Shown one piece after another: positions 48,582 to 59,557 of a stretch of 64,000 nucleotides of DNA. The position numbers were made by a program, and so were the translations under genes. This stretch comes from an uncultured Alphaproteobacteria bacterium (lineage in GTDB: Bacteria; Pseudomonadota; Alphaproteobacteria; HIMB59), in assembly GCA_902556735.1 (NCBI GenBank), contig CACDXE010000003.1, positions 83,817 through 147,816 of the forward strand, given 5' to 3'. Each line of letters starts with the position of its first letter. The first letter of the stretch is position 1. Under the pieces are notes generated by a model that made no database searches, was not told where the DNA came from, and saw only the letters and a program-made list of their open reading frames with translations.

Positions 48582-49035
48582 TTAAATCATTCAAATACCT
48601 AAGGAACATATCAATAGAATATGAGTCTTGAGTATGTTCAAATATATATTTTTTATCAGATTTATCTAAATAATCGCCAAATCCAGGTTCTATAGATAAA
48701 ACTTTTTTTCCAAAAATACCGTTGCTTTTAATTTTTATAATTGAGTCCTCAGGAATGTCATACTTTTTATCAACAAACCCATTTACAATAACATTATTAG
48801 AAGATGTTGTTATTTTACTTACATTTCCAATTTTAATACCAGCTATTTTAACATCAGTGTCGTTGTTAATACCTTCAACATAATTAAAAGTAGCAACAAA
48901 AGGTATAACGTTATTATTACTTGTATTTTTAAATATAAAAATAATTGTTACTAAAACTAATAAAAAAATAATACCAATTTTAAGATGGTATCTTGTATTG
49001 TATGAGTCAATTTCATTAATTATTTTGGCTGCCAA
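48574..49035 (-). CDS. MlaD/MCE family protein
   Basis: DVKIAGIKIGNV, IPEDS, GIFGKKVLSIEPG, TQDS. Confidence 0.85.
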   Translation of the reverse strand: MAAKIINEIDSYNTRYHLKIGIIFLLVLVTIIFIFKNTSNNNVIPFVATFNYVEGINNDTDVKIAGIKIGNVSKITTSSNNVIVNGFVDKKYDIPEDSIIKIKSNGIFGKKVLSIEPGFGDYLDKSDKKYIFEHTQDSYSIDMFLRYLNDLNE

Positions 49036-49328
49036 CTATTATAACCCTTATCTATTGTCTCTTTATGTTTAACTGAATGTTTTTGAACTCTTTTTTTTAC
49101 AAAACTTTCTTGACTGTTATCTTTCAATTCAAAAATAGAAATATCATCAGATGTGTTATGTAACCAGTTATGAAACTGTGTTGGTAATGACTCAGGTCCA
49201 AAGCCAGGGGCATAGACTACCCATCTTTTTGTAGAATTATTCTTATCGTGGTAATATTTATTACCTAGCGAATCTTTATGAACAAGAATACCATTAAAAA
49301 AAGAATATAATTTAAAGCCTAAAGACAT
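49020..49328 (-). CDS. NADH:ubiquinone oxidoreductase subunit NDUFA12 family protein
   Basis: DSLGNKYY, KRWVVY, HNWLH, YNSWQP. Confidence 0.85.
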   Translation of the reverse strand: MSLGFKLYSFFNGILVHKDSLGNKYYHDKNNSTKRWVVYAPGFGPESLPTQFHNWLHNTSDDISIFELKDNSQESFVKKRVQKHSVKHKETIDKGYNSWQPK

Positions 49329-49355
49329 GTCTAAATATAACAAATTAATAAGTTT

Positions 49356-50417
49356 ATGAGAATAATACTTATTACTTTTATTATAACAGTCAATTTATCA
49401 CATCCATTATTAGCAAAAATAGCCAGTGTAATAGGAAATCCAATAACACAAGAAATATATTTTGAAGTTAATAAAGATACAAAAAATTATCCTGCATCTT
49501 TAACTAAAATAATGACACTTTACATTATATTCGATGAATTAAGATTAAAAAATATTCATTTAAGTGATCATGTTTATTTCTCAAAATATGCTACATATCA
49601 ACAACCATCTAAATTAGGAATAAAAGAAAAAGATTTTATTACTGTTAATGAACTAATTGATTCATTAATAGTCAAGTCTGCTAATGATGCAGCAGTTGCG
49701 ATAGCTGAAAAAATATCAGGTAGTGAAAAAAAATTTGTTTTAAAGATGAATAAATATGCAAAAAAATTAAATTTATTGAATACAAATTTTGCAAATCCTC
49801 ATGGTCTTCCAAATAGAGCTAACTTATCAACAGCAAATGATATTTTTAAACTTAGCTCAAAAATAATTGTTGATTTTCCAGAGCATTTACATCGATTTAA
49901 AAAAACAAAAGTTAAAATTAAAGGAAAAAGTTACAAGACTCATAATACATTATTAAAATATGATCACTACATAGGTTTAAAAACTGGATATACGAGAAAA
50001 TCTGGTTTCCAAATATCACTTCTATCAATTAATAATGATGAGTATTTATTGGGTATATACTTTGGAGGAAATTCTGCTAAAGAAAGAAATAATAAAATTA
50101 ATTTTCTTATGAATAAATATAGAAATAAAGATGCTACTATGAGTGAAAAAACAAAAAAATTAATAGTCAAAAATCAAAAAAAAAGTACAAGTATTTATAC
50201 AATACAGACATCCTCTTTCAAAAAGATCAGTAAATCAAAAATGCATATTACTTTACTGAAAAATAAAATAAAAATATTAAGAAGTTTTGAACATAAAATA
50301 AAGAAAAATGGTAGATATTTTATAACTTATATAAATGTTGATGATCATCTAACAGCAAAAAACTTATGTAATGAGATTAAATTAAATAAACTAGACTGTT
50401 TGATTAAAGCTAGTTAA
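49356..50417 (+). CDS. D-alanyl-D-alanine carboxypeptidase (S11) with C-terminal SPOR-like domain
   Basis: YPASLTK (SxxK), SAND, NPHGL, KTG; C-terminal YTIQ...C...C. Confidence 0.88.
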   Translation: MRIILITFIITVNLSHPLLAKIASVIGNPITQEIYFEVNKDTKNYPASLTKIMTLYIIFDELRLKNIHLSDHVYFSKYATYQQPSKLGIKEKDFITVNELIDSLIVKSANDAAVAIAEKISGSEKKFVLKMNKYAKKLNLLNTNFANPHGLPNRANLSTANDIFKLSSKIIVDFPEHLHRFKKTKVKIKGKSYKTHNTLLKYDHYIGLKTGYTRKSGFQISLLSINNDEYLLGIYFGGNSAKERNNKINFLMNKYRNKDATMSEKTKKLIVKNQKKSTSIYTIQTSSFKKISKSKMHITLLKNKIKILRSFEHKIKKNGRYFITYINVDDHLTAKNLCNEIKLNKLDCLIKAS

Positions 50418-51785
50418 TTCTTTTATATCCAGTGAATATGACTCAAGTATTGATATTAATTTAATTAATTCTTTTTTAAATTTATCTTTAACAAAGTGTT
50501 CTAGTCTAAATACAATACAATTTTGAGTATTTGAAGCTCTTAAAAGGAACCAAAAATTTTCAGTTTCCAGTCTTACACCATCAATTGTAATTAAATTAGC
50601 TTTATTATCGTAGTGTTTAGGAATATCTTTTACTATTTTATTTAAAAGACTAAATTTAATTTTTTCATCACAGTATAATTTTATCTCAGGTGTTGATGAT
50701 GAATTCATATAAACACTTGTTAATTCGTTTAATGTTTTTTTTGTATTATTAAGTATCTTAATTAATTTCAAAGAAGCATATATAGCGTCATCATATCCAT
50801 AATATTTATAATTATAAAATATGTGTCCACTCATTTCACCAGCTATATCTGCATTTTTTGAAGATATCATCTCTTTGATTAAAGAATGTCCAGTTTTTGA
50901 CATATGAATGTCGACGCCATTATTTTTAAGTGTATCAAAAAGAATTTTACTGCATTTTACATCAGCTATAGCAACTAAATCTTTTTTTTCTTTTAAAAGA
51001 TCGAGAGACAAAAGTAAAAAAATAATATCTGAGTAAATTAATTCTCCTTTATTATCTAATATTCCAATTCGATCACCATCACCATCAAATGCAATACCTA
51101 AGTCAAATTGATTTTCTTTAATATAGTTTGATATCTGAATAATATTTTTCTTAATCGTTGGATCAGGGTGATGATTAGGAAAATTACCATCTATGCTTCT
51201 ATTTAAAATAATATTAGTTCCTTTTATAGAGTGAATAATTTTATGAATCATTGGTGCAATGGCTCCATTTCCTGGATCCCAAACTATTTTAAGCTTATCT
51301 AAATGATTAAATTGTGAAATAATTTCCTCTGTATAAGGAGTAATTACATCTTTAAATGTTAATTGACCCAACGTGGAGGATATAGACGCATCATCTAAAT
51401 CGTTTAAAGATTTTATCTTCTCTCCAAAAAAGGGTTTATTATTAATAATTATTTTTAATCCATTATATTCTTTTGGATTATGAGAACCTGTAATCATAAT
51501 TAAATTCGGAATATCTAGTACTTTTGTTGCATAATAACTAACTGGTGTTGGTAATAATGAAATATCCACTACATCAACACCATATCTTCTGAAGGTATCA
51601 ATAAGTTTATTTTTAATTTCTAAGGAAGATAATCTTCCATCATGACCAATAATGATTTTAGGAGTATTAATATTAGAAATTATATTTGAGATCTTTTTTG
51701 CAATATTTTGTATATCTTCTAAATTTAACGATTTTTGATAAATACCCCTAATGTCGTATTCTCTAAGTATTTCAGGGTTGATCAT
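50391..51785 (-). CDS. phosphomannomutase/phosphoglucomutase
   Basis: REYDIRG, TGSHNP, DGDGDR, GEMSGH, RASNTQ. Confidence 0.93.
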   Translation of the reverse strand: MINPEILREYDIRGIYQKSLNLEDIQNIAKKISNIISNINTPKIIIGHDGRLSSLEIKNKLIDTFRRYGVDVVDISLLPTPVSYYATKVLDIPNLIMITGSHNPKEYNGLKIIINNKPFFGEKIKSLNDLDDASISSTLGQLTFKDVITPYTEEIISQFNHLDKLKIVWDPGNGAIAPMIHKIIHSIKGTNIILNRSIDGNFPNHHPDPTIKKNIIQISNYIKENQFDLGIAFDGDGDRIGILDNKGELIYSDIIFLLLSLDLLKEKKDLVAIADVKCSKILFDTLKNNGVDIHMSKTGHSLIKEMISSKNADIAGEMSGHIFYNYKYYGYDDAIYASLKLIKILNNTKKTLNELTSVYMNSSSTPEIKLYCDEKIKFSLLNKIVKDIPKHYDNKANLITIDGVRLETENFWFLLRASNTQNCIVFRLEHFVKDKFKKELIKLISILESYSLDIKELTSFNQTV

Positions 51786-51794
51786 CGAAATAAA

Positions 51795-53093
51795 CTATAA
51801 ATTTAATATGTAAGTTGCAATTGATAAAAATGATAAAAATCCAAATACATCTGTGAAAGTTGTAAGAACTATTCCAGATGCCAAGGCTGGATCTATTTTC
51901 ATTTTATTAATTGTAATTGGGATAATTATGCCCACTAAACAAGCAAATCCTAAGTTTATTAAAATAGCAAAAGATATGGCAAACGCTAATACAAGACTAT
52001 CAAACCAATAATAAGCAATTAATCCCATTATTAAAGAAAGTGCAAAACCATTGATACTTCCAATTAAGAATTCTTTAACAACCAATTTAATATAGTTTGA
52101 ATTATTAATATCTTTTGTGGCAATAGCTCTAACGTATATGGTCATAGCTTGTGTGCCTGCATTGCCACCCATTGAAGCTACTATTGGCATCAGGACTGCA
52201 ATCGCTATCATTTGCTGTAATTGATCTGAATATATATCTATAACGAGAGATGCTAATATGGCTGTCAATAAGTTTAAACCCAACCATATGAATCTAGATG
52301 TAGCTGATGTAAAAGCACCCTTATAAAAGTCATTTACAAACAAACCTCCCAACTTTCTCATATCATCCTCTGACTCTTCGTGATCAATTTCAACAACATC
52401 ATCAACTGTCATGATACCTATCATTTTATTATCTAAATTTACTACAGGTGCCGAAACCAAGCCATACTGTCTAAAGGTGTAGGCGATATCTTCAATTTTT
52501 TCATCAGATTTAATAATATGTATATCTTTATAAATAATATCTTTTAATTTTTTTGATCTTTTTGATCTTAATACTCTTCCAGAGGGAATATAGCCTATAG
52601 GAATATTTTGGTCATCAACAATAAATATATTATAAAAATCTTTAGGCCCTCTTCGTGAATTCCTTAACTGATCAATTAATTCACCAACTGTTAAATTAGA
52701 TTTTATCGACAGATAGTCTCTATTCATGAGCCTACCAGCAGAATTTTCATCATACTGTAAACTTTCCTCAATTCTTTCTCTTTGCTGAGATCCAAGTTTG
52801 GAAAGTATTTGAACTAATTCTTTAGTTTCAAAGTCACCAAGGATTTCAACCGCATCATCTAAATCTAAGTATTTAATTAAATTAACTAATTGTTTATTTG
52901 GAATCATATGCAAAATATCATCACGCGTTTCTTCACGTAAGTAAGCAATAAAATCTGGGTGAAAGTTTTTGGTATGAGTTCTTAGTATAGACGACTGTAT
53001 TTCGTATGGGAGACTTTCAATACTATCTGCTTGATCTGCAGAATGAAGAGATTTTATTGACTCAATATATTCTTTTTTATTAAATTTTTGCAT
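51795..53093 (-). CDS. mgtE: magnesium transporter MgtE
   Basis: SAGRLM, CBS pair, TVDDV, MGGNAGTQ, DPALAS..TTFTDVFG. Confidence 0.95.
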   Translation of the reverse strand: MQKFNKKEYIESIKSLHSADQADSIESLPYEIQSSILRTHTKNFHPDFIAYLREETRDDILHMIPNKQLVNLIKYLDLDDAVEILGDFETKELVQILSKLGSQQRERIEESLQYDENSAGRLMNRDYLSIKSNLTVGELIDQLRNSRRGPKDFYNIFIVDDQNIPIGYIPSGRVLRSKRSKKLKDIIYKDIHIIKSDEKIEDIAYTFRQYGLVSAPVVNLDNKMIGIMTVDDVVEIDHEESEDDMRKLGGLFVNDFYKGAFTSATSRFIWLGLNLLTAILASLVIDIYSDQLQQMIAIAVLMPIVASMGGNAGTQAMTIYVRAIATKDINNSNYIKLVVKEFLIGSINGFALSLIMGLIAYYWFDSLVLAFAISFAILINLGFACLVGIIIPITINKMKIDPALASGIVLTTFTDVFGFLSFLSIATYILNL

Positions 53094-53107
53094 TTATATT
53101 ATAAATA

Positions 53108-53195
53108 TGGTGCGGACGAGAAGACTCGAACTTCCACAGGATTTGATCCCACAGCGACCTCAACGCTGCGCGTCTACCAGTTCCGCCACGTCCGC
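53108..53195 (-). tRNA. tRNA-Leu(GAG)
   Basis: Minus strand GCGGACGTGGCGGAACTGGTAGACGCG-CAGCG-TT-GAG-GT-CGCTG, long variable arm, GTTCGAGT, CCA. Confidence 0.96.
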
Positions 53196-53219
53196 AATTA
53201 ATAGATTAATTAATAAAGA

Positions 53220-53846
53220 ATGATTGAAATAAAACAACTAAAAGGGCAAAAAAAATATCAAGAAATTACAAAATTGATGAATAAACATATTCAAAAAATG
53301 TCTGAAAATATAAAAGAAGAGGAAATATGGTTCTTAGAACATCAAAATGTCTTTACTGCAGGAAGCTCTACTCCTAAAGAATTTAAAATAGATAAAATAA
53401 ATAAGATCCCAGTGATTAAAGTTAATAGAGGTGGCAAAATTACATTTCATGGCCCTGGCCAATTAGTCATTTATCCCTTAATTAATTTAAAAAAAAGAAA
53501 AAAAAATATTATAGATTACATAAATTCTATAGAGGACATTTGCATAAAAGCATTTAAGAGAAGTGATATAAAACTTTATAGAAAAAAAGAAAAAAATAGA
53601 GGTTTGTGGGTTGAAAACAATAATGAGTTAAAAAAAATAATATTTATTGGTTTAAGATACTCTAGAGGTATCATTCATCATGGTTTATCAATTAATTTTG
53701 ATCTTGATTTAAATAATTTTCAAAAAATCGATCCTTGTGGTCTTAAATCCAAAGATATAAGTAGCTTAAAAGAATTAAAAATAAATTATGATAAAAGAAA
53801 AATATATCAAGATCTTAAAGAGGAATTTATGAAAGTATTTTATTAG
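53220..53846 (+). CDS. lipB: lipoyl(octanoyl) transferase LipB
   Basis: LEH..VFTAG, RGGKITFHGPGQLVIY, HGLSIN, PCG. Confidence 0.93.
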   Translation: MIEIKQLKGQKKYQEITKLMNKHIQKMSENIKEEEIWFLEHQNVFTAGSSTPKEFKIDKINKIPVIKVNRGGKITFHGPGQLVIYPLINLKKRKKNIIDYINSIEDICIKAFKRSDIKLYRKKEKNRGLWVENNNELKKIIFIGLRYSRGIIHHGLSINFDLDLNNFQKIDPCGLKSKDISSLKELKINYDKRKIYQDLKEEFMKVFY

Positions 53847-54639
53847 GGTTTATTTTAAATTTATAAAATTTCCCATCTAATTTAAAAATAATTTTATAAG
53901 AACAAAGAAGAAGTTTATTAAATTTATTACCAGAAAACTTCTTATCACCGATTATAGGGTTTTTATTAAGATAGAATTGAAGTCTGATTTGATGTTTTTT
54001 TCCTGTAAATAATTTAATCAAATAACAATTTTCATGATTATCTAATTGAATTTTTCTATAAGCTAGTTTTAATTCTTTCTTATCAGAATTATAGTTAATC
54101 AACGTATCAGCGTTTTTATTAAATTTATTATTAGTTACTGAAATATAGAATTTTTTAATTTGATTATTTAAAAATAACGAAGAGATTTTACTAGCAGTAA
54201 TTCTATTTTTTGCAAAAAACATGACACCTGAGGTGTCTTTGTCTAATCTGTGAACTATATATAATTTATGTTTGATTACATTTTCATATATATCTTTTAA
54301 TGAAATAAATACTTTAGATCCTCTTTGAACAGAATATCCATCAATTTTGTTAATAACTATAAAATCATCGTTTTGAAATATTATATGATCTTTAAAAATC
54401 TTTTTTTTATCTTTATTTAGTTTAATAGTATTTGATAACTCATTATTGATCTCAAATTTATAATATATATATACAACATCACCTTTTATTAATGGCGAAT
54501 TAGCTTTAGATTTTTTGTTATTAATTTTTATTTTGTATTTTCTAATTAATCTTTGTAACAAAGATAAAGGTATAGACTCAAAATATTGAAATAAAAACTT
54601 ATCTAATCTTTTATAACTTTGATCTATCTTAATTTGCAA
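53827..54639 (-). CDS. RluA-family pseudouridine synthase (RluC-like)
   Basis: S4 domain RLDK, NK..G, VHRLDKDTSG, TGKKHQIR, PIIGDKK. Confidence 0.9.
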   Translation of the reverse strand: MQIKIDQSYKRLDKFLFQYFESIPLSLLQRLIRKYKIKINNKKSKANSPLIKGDVVYIYYKFEINNELSNTIKLNKDKKKIFKDHIIFQNDDFIVINKIDGYSVQRGSKVFISLKDIYENVIKHKLYIVHRLDKDTSGVMFFAKNRITASKISSLFLNNQIKKFYISVTNNKFNKNADTLINYNSDKKELKLAYRKIQLDNHENCYLIKLFTGKKHQIRLQFYLNKNPIIGDKKFSGNKFNKLLLCSYKIIFKLDGKFYKFKINPNKILS

Positions 54640-54985
54640 ATCTGAGACTAATCATATGAAATAAATAAAAGAAAATAAAAGATATAAAAATGTTAAAAGA
54701 AAAATATATTAATGCTTTGAAAAAAGATTTATCAGAAACTAATGAAAATAGTTCAATATTGAAGGAAGAAAGAGTAGTAAAACTGCCAAAAAAACCGACA
54801 TAAACAAAAATATATAGTGCACCATTAAATTTATTTAAAAAATAACCTGCCATAGCAGATCCAATGATATTTACTAATATTGTTGCTGAGGGTAGCCCTA
54901 AAAAAGTAAAGTTTAAAATATTGAAGAAGTAACGAATGCTTGATCCTAATATAGCACCTATCACGAGTGCTAAATAAGATGACAT
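54629..54985 (-). CDS. crcB: fluoride channel CrcB/FluC
   Basis: GAILGSSIRY, VNIIGS, GFFGSFTTLSSF. Confidence 0.9.
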   Translation of the reverse strand: MSSYLALVIGAILGSSIRYFFNILNFTFLGLPSATILVNIIGSAMAGYFLNKFNGALYIFVYVGFFGSFTTLSSFNIELFSLVSDKSFFKALIYFSFNIFISFIFFYLFHMISLRFAN

Positions 54986-54991
54986 AGAATT

Positions 54992-55348
54992 TTATTTTAC
55001 GAACTGAATAATACTTGTGTGAGCAAAATCACCAAATCTGTTGCCTTTTTTAATAATGCGAGTATATCCACCATTTCTATTTTTATGCTCTTTAGAAATC
55101 TCAGAAAATAATTTTTGACAAGCTTCCTTATTATTAAAAAGCTTAGCTAATATATATTTTCTATTACTTAAGTTATCATTTTTAGCTTTTGTAACTAATT
55201 TCTCGATAAAAGGTCTAAGCTCTTTTGCTTTTTCAGTAGTTGTAGTAATAGTCTCGTGCTTAATTAGACTAATAGATAAGTTTTTTAACAAAGCCAATCT
55301 ATGTGAAGAAGTTCTATTTAATTTTCGTTGTTTAAGTCCGTGTTTCAT
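54992..55348 (-). CDS. rplQ: 50S ribosomal protein L17
   Basis: LNRTSSHR, RNGGYTRI. Confidence 0.97.
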   Translation of the reverse strand: MKHGLKQRKLNRTSSHRLALLKNLSISLIKHETITTTTEKAKELRPFIEKLVTKAKNDNLSNRKYILAKLFNNKEACQKLFSEISKEHKNRNGGYTRIIKKGNRFGDFAHTSIIQFVK

Positions 55349-56376
55349 TATACTTTAAAAGGATCTTCATATTTTTTTGATAGCTCTTCTATGTTTTCCG
55401 GTGGCCACCCGGGTAAGTCCATTCCCATAGACAGACTCATTGAAGATAGTACTTCTTTTATCTCATCAAGAGATTTTCTACCAAAATTAGGTGTTCTTAA
55501 CATTTCTCCTTCAGTTTTTTGAACTAAATCACCAATGTAAAAAATATTATCATTTTTTAAACAATTTGCTGATCTTACAGATAACTCAAGTTCGTCAACC
55601 TTCTTAAGTAGGTTCTTATTAAACTGGGGTTCGTTTGAGGATTGTAATTTTTTTCTCTCATCTTCTGTTGGCTCTTCAAAATTAATAAATGGTTTAAGTT
55701 GGTCCTGAAGTATTCTTGCAGCTAAAGCAGCAGCATCATCTGGGGATACAGTTCCATTAGTTTCAATGTCTAAAATAAGTTTATCAAATTCAGTGTCTTG
55801 ACCGATGCGTGAGTTTTCAACATTAAAAGAGACTCTTTTTACAGGGCTGTAGGTGGCATCTAAAATAATTTGACCAACACTTTTATTTTCATTATCTTTA
55901 TTTTTTTCTGCAGATATATAACCTTTATTCACGTCTAAGAATATTTCTAGATTCACCTCTCTATTAGAGTCAACATTCATAATTACAGTGTCTTTATCAA
56001 CAATTTCAACTTCTGGGTTATCTTCGAAATCTGAGGAGAGAACCTCTTTCGGTCCTTTAATATTTAAACTTAGTTTTTGTGGGTGACTGCTTTTTGAATT
56101 AAAAGTAACGTTTTTAAGGTTCATTATAATATCAGTAACGTCCTCTCTAACACCCTCGATTGTAGAAAATTCGTGAAGAACACCATTGATTTTAATAGAA
56201 GATATAGCTGTACCTTGCAATGATGATAATAGTACTCTTCTTAGAGCATTTCCTAATGTGGTACCAAAACCTTTTTCCAATGGTTCGATGACAACTGTTC
56301 CAAACTTTTTGTTATCGCTAATTTTATAATCAACTTTGTTTGGTTTGACCAATGTAATCCAATTATTCTCTATCAA
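55348..56376 (-). CDS. rpoA: RNA polymerase alpha subunit
   Basis: [35 protein letters not shown]. Confidence 0.98.
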   Translation of the reverse strand: MIENNWITLVKPNKVDYKISDNKKFGTVVIEPLEKGFGTTLGNALRRVLLSSLQGTAISSIKINGVLHEFSTIEGVREDVTDIIMNLKNVTFNSKSSHPQKLSLNIKGPKEVLSSDFEDNPEVEIVDKDTVIMNVDSNREVNLEIFLDVNKGYISAEKNKDNENKSVGQIILDATYSPVKRVSFNVENSRIGQDTEFDKLILDIETNGTVSPDDAAALAARILQDQLKPFINFEEPTEDERKKLQSSNEPQFNKNLLKKVDELELSVRSANCLKNDNIFYIGDLVQKTEGEMLRTPNFGRKSLDEIKEVLSSMSLSMGMDLPGWPPENIEELSKKYEDPFKV

Positions 56377-56398
56377 TTTTTAACTCCTATTAATTAAT

Positions 56399-56797
56399 TT
56401 ATACTCTTCGTTTCTTTTTAGGTCTGCATCCGTTGTGAGGAAGCGGTGTAACATCTTTAATATTATTTATTATAAAACCAATGTTTTGTAGAGCTCTTAA
56501 CGCTGACTCTCTTCCTGAACCAGGACCTTTCATAAGGACATCAAGTTTTCTTAAGCCAATATCATAGGCTTTTTTTCCTGCAGCATCAGTAGCTATTTGA
56601 GCAGCATAAGGGGTTGATTTTTTTGAACCTCTAAAGCCCATAGAACCACTTGAGGACCATGAAACTGCATTTCCACTTACATCAGAGATTGTTACAATCG
56701 TATTATTAAAAGAGCTTTTTATGTGGACAATACCATTTTGTCCAAAGCTTTTTTTTATTTTTTTTTTATCAGTAGTTTTTTTTTCGTTTTTAGCCAT
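56399..56797 (-). CDS. rpsK: 30S ribosomal protein S11
   Basis: [21 protein letters not shown]. Confidence 0.98.
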   Translation of the reverse strand: MAKNEKKTTDKKKIKKSFGQNGIVHIKSSFNNTIVTISDVSGNAVSWSSSGSMGFRGSKKSTPYAAQIATDAAGKKAYDIGLRKLDVLMKGPGSGRESALRALQNIGFIINNIKDVTPLPHNGCRPKKKRRV

Positions 56798-56798
56798 G

Positions 56799-57176
56799 TT
56801 ATTTTGTTACTTTTTTCTTTCCTGCTATAGCTACGGCTTTACCTTTTCTAGTTCTAGCATTAGTGTGAGTTCTTTGGCCTCTTGTAGGGAGCTGTTTTCT
56901 GTGTCTTAGACCACGGTAACAACCTAAATCTTTTAATCTTTTAATATTTTGGGATACTACTCTTCTAAGGTCACCCTCAACAGTATAGTTTTCATCTATA
57001 GATTTTCTTATTTTTGAGATTTCATCCTCAGAGAAATCTTTTATTCTCTTTGTTGGATCTAAGCTATTTGCTTTTAAAATATCCATAGCATACTTGGGAC
57101 CTATTCCATGAATATATGTTAGAGAAATTAATGCTCTTTTATTAACTGGTAAATTTACACCTGCTATTCTTGCCAA
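56799..57176 (-). CDS. rpsM: 30S ribosomal protein S13
   Basis: [20 protein letters not shown]; TTG start with an AGGAG SD. Confidence 0.98.
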   Translation of the reverse strand: MARIAGVNLPVNKRALISLTYIHGIGPKYAMDILKANSLDPTKRIKDFSEDEISKIRKSIDENYTVEGDLRRVVSQNIKRLKDLGCYRGLRHRKQLPTRGQRTHTNARTRKGKAVAIAGKKKVTK

Positions 57177-57197
57177 TTGAGAACTCCTGAATGGGTG

Positions 57198-57226
57198 AAA
57201 TTATTAAAAAAGCATTTAAAAGTCAA
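57198..57226 (-). promoter_or_regulatory. putative sigma70 promoter of the alpha operon
   Basis: Minus strand TTGACT-N17-TAATTT upstream of the rpsM SD. Confidence 0.55.
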
Positions 57227-57237
57227 TATAAATTACC

Positions 57238-57792
57238 TCAATTAAATCCAAGTTTATCAACGATTTTAGCAGTTACAGCACTGATTTCATCGTTAGCTTG
57301 AATATCAGTTACTTGATAATTTTTTTTTAATGAATTTAATATTTCTTGATGAGATTTTTTATAAATTTGTAGTCTTTTTTCAAAAAAACTGTCATCCGCC
57401 CTAGATTCTTCCAAAGACCTTTTTTTAATTCTTTGAAGAAGCTGATCATCATCAACCTCAAAGTTGATAATACTTAAAACTTCGTTCACAAATATTTCAA
57501 TAAGTGAGTCAGCTTGTATTGAACTTCTAGGAAATCCATCAATTAAAATCTGTTCGTTTGTCAATGTGTTAACTTTTTCTTTTAATACTGAAATTACAAC
57601 TGTGTCTTCAATTAAGTCACCATTATCCATTTTATTCTTAATTTCTTTTCCCAAAACACTCTGGTCTTGAGATTTCTCTTTCAACAGCGAGCTAACAGTT
57701 AAAATATTAAGATCAGGCAAAATAGTATCTTTTAAAATATTAGCTTGTGTGCCCTTACCACAACCAGGGGGGCCAATAAATACTATAACCAT
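57238..57792 (-). CDS. adk: adenylate kinase (short LID type)
   Basis: GPPGCGKGTQ, DGFPR, RADD. Confidence 0.93.
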   Translation of the reverse strand: MVIVFIGPPGCGKGTQANILKDTILPDLNILTVSSLLKEKSQDQSVLGKEIKNKMDNGDLIEDTVVISVLKEKVNTLTNEQILIDGFPRSSIQADSLIEIFVNEVLSIINFEVDDDQLLQRIKKRSLEESRADDSFFEKRLQIYKKSHQEILNSLKKNYQVTDIQANDEISAVTAKIVDKLGFN

Positions 57793-59111
57793 TTACTTTT
57801 ATAAATTTTATTTTTACTTAATAATTTTTCATATTGAGATGAAAATAATTGTGTTTGAATCTGTGAAAAGAAATCCATTGCCACAATAACGACTATCAAA
57901 AGACTTGTTCCTCCTAAATAAAAAGGAACTGATAGCCTAGCAATTAAAAATTCTGGAATTAAGGCAATTAAACCTAAATAAATAGCACCTACAAAAGTTA
58001 ACCGATAAATAACGTGTTCTAAGTAGGTAGCTGTTTGCTCACCTGGCCTGTAGCCTAAAACAAAACCTCCATTGTTTCTTAAATTTTCTGCCTGTTCTTT
58101 AGGATTAAAAACAATACTAGTATAAAAAAATGCAAAGAAAACAATCAGACCGAAGAAAAAAGCCATATAAAGTGGTTTTCCATGAGATAAGTAAAATCCT
58201 AAACTAGATAAGAAACCGGAACTTTCAGGTGAAAAATTAGAAATTGTATTTGGAAATAATAGCAACGATGATGCAAAAATAGCAGGAATAACACCAGAAA
58301 TATTTATTTTGATTGGTAAATAAGAAGATTGACCACCAAATACTTTATTTCCTACTTGGCGTTTTGGATATTGAACTAATAACCTTCTTTGAGCTCTTTC
58401 TATAAATACAATTATTACTATCAGTATTAGAAGTAAAAAAATTATTGATATAATTGCAATAGCTGATAAAGCTCCAGTTCTTCCAAGTTCAAATGTGTTG
58501 AAAATAGCAAAAGGAAGATTTGCTACAATACCTGAGAATATTATAATTGAAATTCCACTTCCAAATCCATTTTCAGTTATCTGTTCACCCAGCCACATTA
58601 AAAATATAGTTCCAGATGTCATTGTTATGACTGCAGAAATTTGAAAGAAAGCTACACTTCCCAAAGTTGGATCTACTGTATCTGATAAATTTAGTATACC
58701 ATTTGAAATACCATAACTTTGAAAGAGTCCTAAAAGTATTGTTAAATATCTTGTGTATTGTTGAATTTTTTTCCTACCTTGGGTGCCCTGTTCTTTAAGA
58801 GCTTTTAAACTATCAAAGGATGACTGCATTAGTGTCATTATAATAGATGCTGAGATATATGGCATAACTCCTAACGTAAATATAGACATACGCATTAAAG
58901 CTCCACCAGAAAACATGTCGAATATTCCTAAAATTCCCCCACGATGTTGTTCAAATATTTGTTCTAAAACAGCTGAGTTAATACCTGGGACTGGAATATA
59001 TGTTCCAAGACGATAAACAGCTATTGCGAATAAAACAAAACCTAATTTTTTAAATAAGCCAGAGCTTTTAATTGCTTCGCTATAATCAATATTTGGTACT
59101 TTTATATTCAT
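57783..59111 (-). CDS. secY: preprotein translocase SecY
   Basis: LGVMPYISASII, WLGEQIT, GVIPAIFA, RPGEQT, GGTSLLI. Confidence 0.98.
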   Translation of the reverse strand: MNIKVPNIDYSEAIKSSGLFKKLGFVLFAIAVYRLGTYIPVPGINSAVLEQIFEQHRGGILGIFDMFSGGALMRMSIFTLGVMPYISASIIMTLMQSSFDSLKALKEQGTQGRKKIQQYTRYLTILLGLFQSYGISNGILNLSDTVDPTLGSVAFFQISAVITMTSGTIFLMWLGEQITENGFGSGISIIIFSGIVANLPFAIFNTFELGRTGALSAIAIISIIFLLLILIVIIVFIERAQRRLLVQYPKRQVGNKVFGGQSSYLPIKINISGVIPAIFASSLLLFPNTISNFSPESSGFLSSLGFYLSHGKPLYMAFFFGLIVFFAFFYTSIVFNPKEQAENLRNNGGFVLGYRPGEQTATYLEHVIYRLTFVGAIYLGLIALIPEFLIARLSVPFYLGGTSLLIVVIVAMDFFSQIQTQLFSSQYEKLLSKNKIYKSKWL

Positions 59112-59120
59112 AATCTAAAA

Positions 59121-59555
59121 TTATGATGTAGATCCACCTAGTTCTTCTATTCTTTTTTTGGCACCAGGAGTAACCTTAAAATTTTTAAATTGAAGTTTCT
59201 TTTTAAACTGAATTGAGTCGATTAGTTTAATTGATTTTTTATGATCTTTCTTTTTTAAGAAGCCCTCTTGTATTAAAAAGTTATTATCAATTAAAGAGTT
59301 TTCTTTAAATTTATTAAAACTAACTAAAGACAAAGTTAAAGATTTAGGATTTATTTTTTTTAATGAATTAAAACCTCTTTTCGGGGTTTTTCTATAAATA
59401 GGCATTTGACCACCCTCAAAATTTCTAACAGCAACACCTGACCTAGATTTTTGCCCTTTGTGACCCCTACCAGCTGTTTTTCCTAATCCAGAACCAATTC
59501 CTTTACCTTTTCTTTTTCTTTTTGTTTGGCGTTGTTTTGAAATTTGATTAATCAT
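59121..59555 (-). CDS. rplO: 50S ribosomal protein L15
   Basis: [21 protein letters not shown]. Confidence 0.97.
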   Translation of the reverse strand: MINQISKQRQTKRKRKGKGIGSGLGKTAGRGHKGQKSRSGVAVRNFEGGQMPIYRKTPKRGFNSLKKINPKSLTLSLVSFNKFKENSLIDNNFLIQEGFLKKKDHKKSIKLIDSIQFKKKLQFKNFKVTPGAKKRIEELGGSTS

Positions 59556-59557
59556 TC

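Noticed and set aside
54986-54991. Fluoride riboswitch upstream of crcB
   Set aside because: Only 6 nt separate rplQ and crcB, so there is no room and no motif.
55348-57792. No rpsD between rpsK and rpoA, and no rpmJ/infA after secY-adk
   Set aside because: This is the normal arrangement in alphaproteobacteria.
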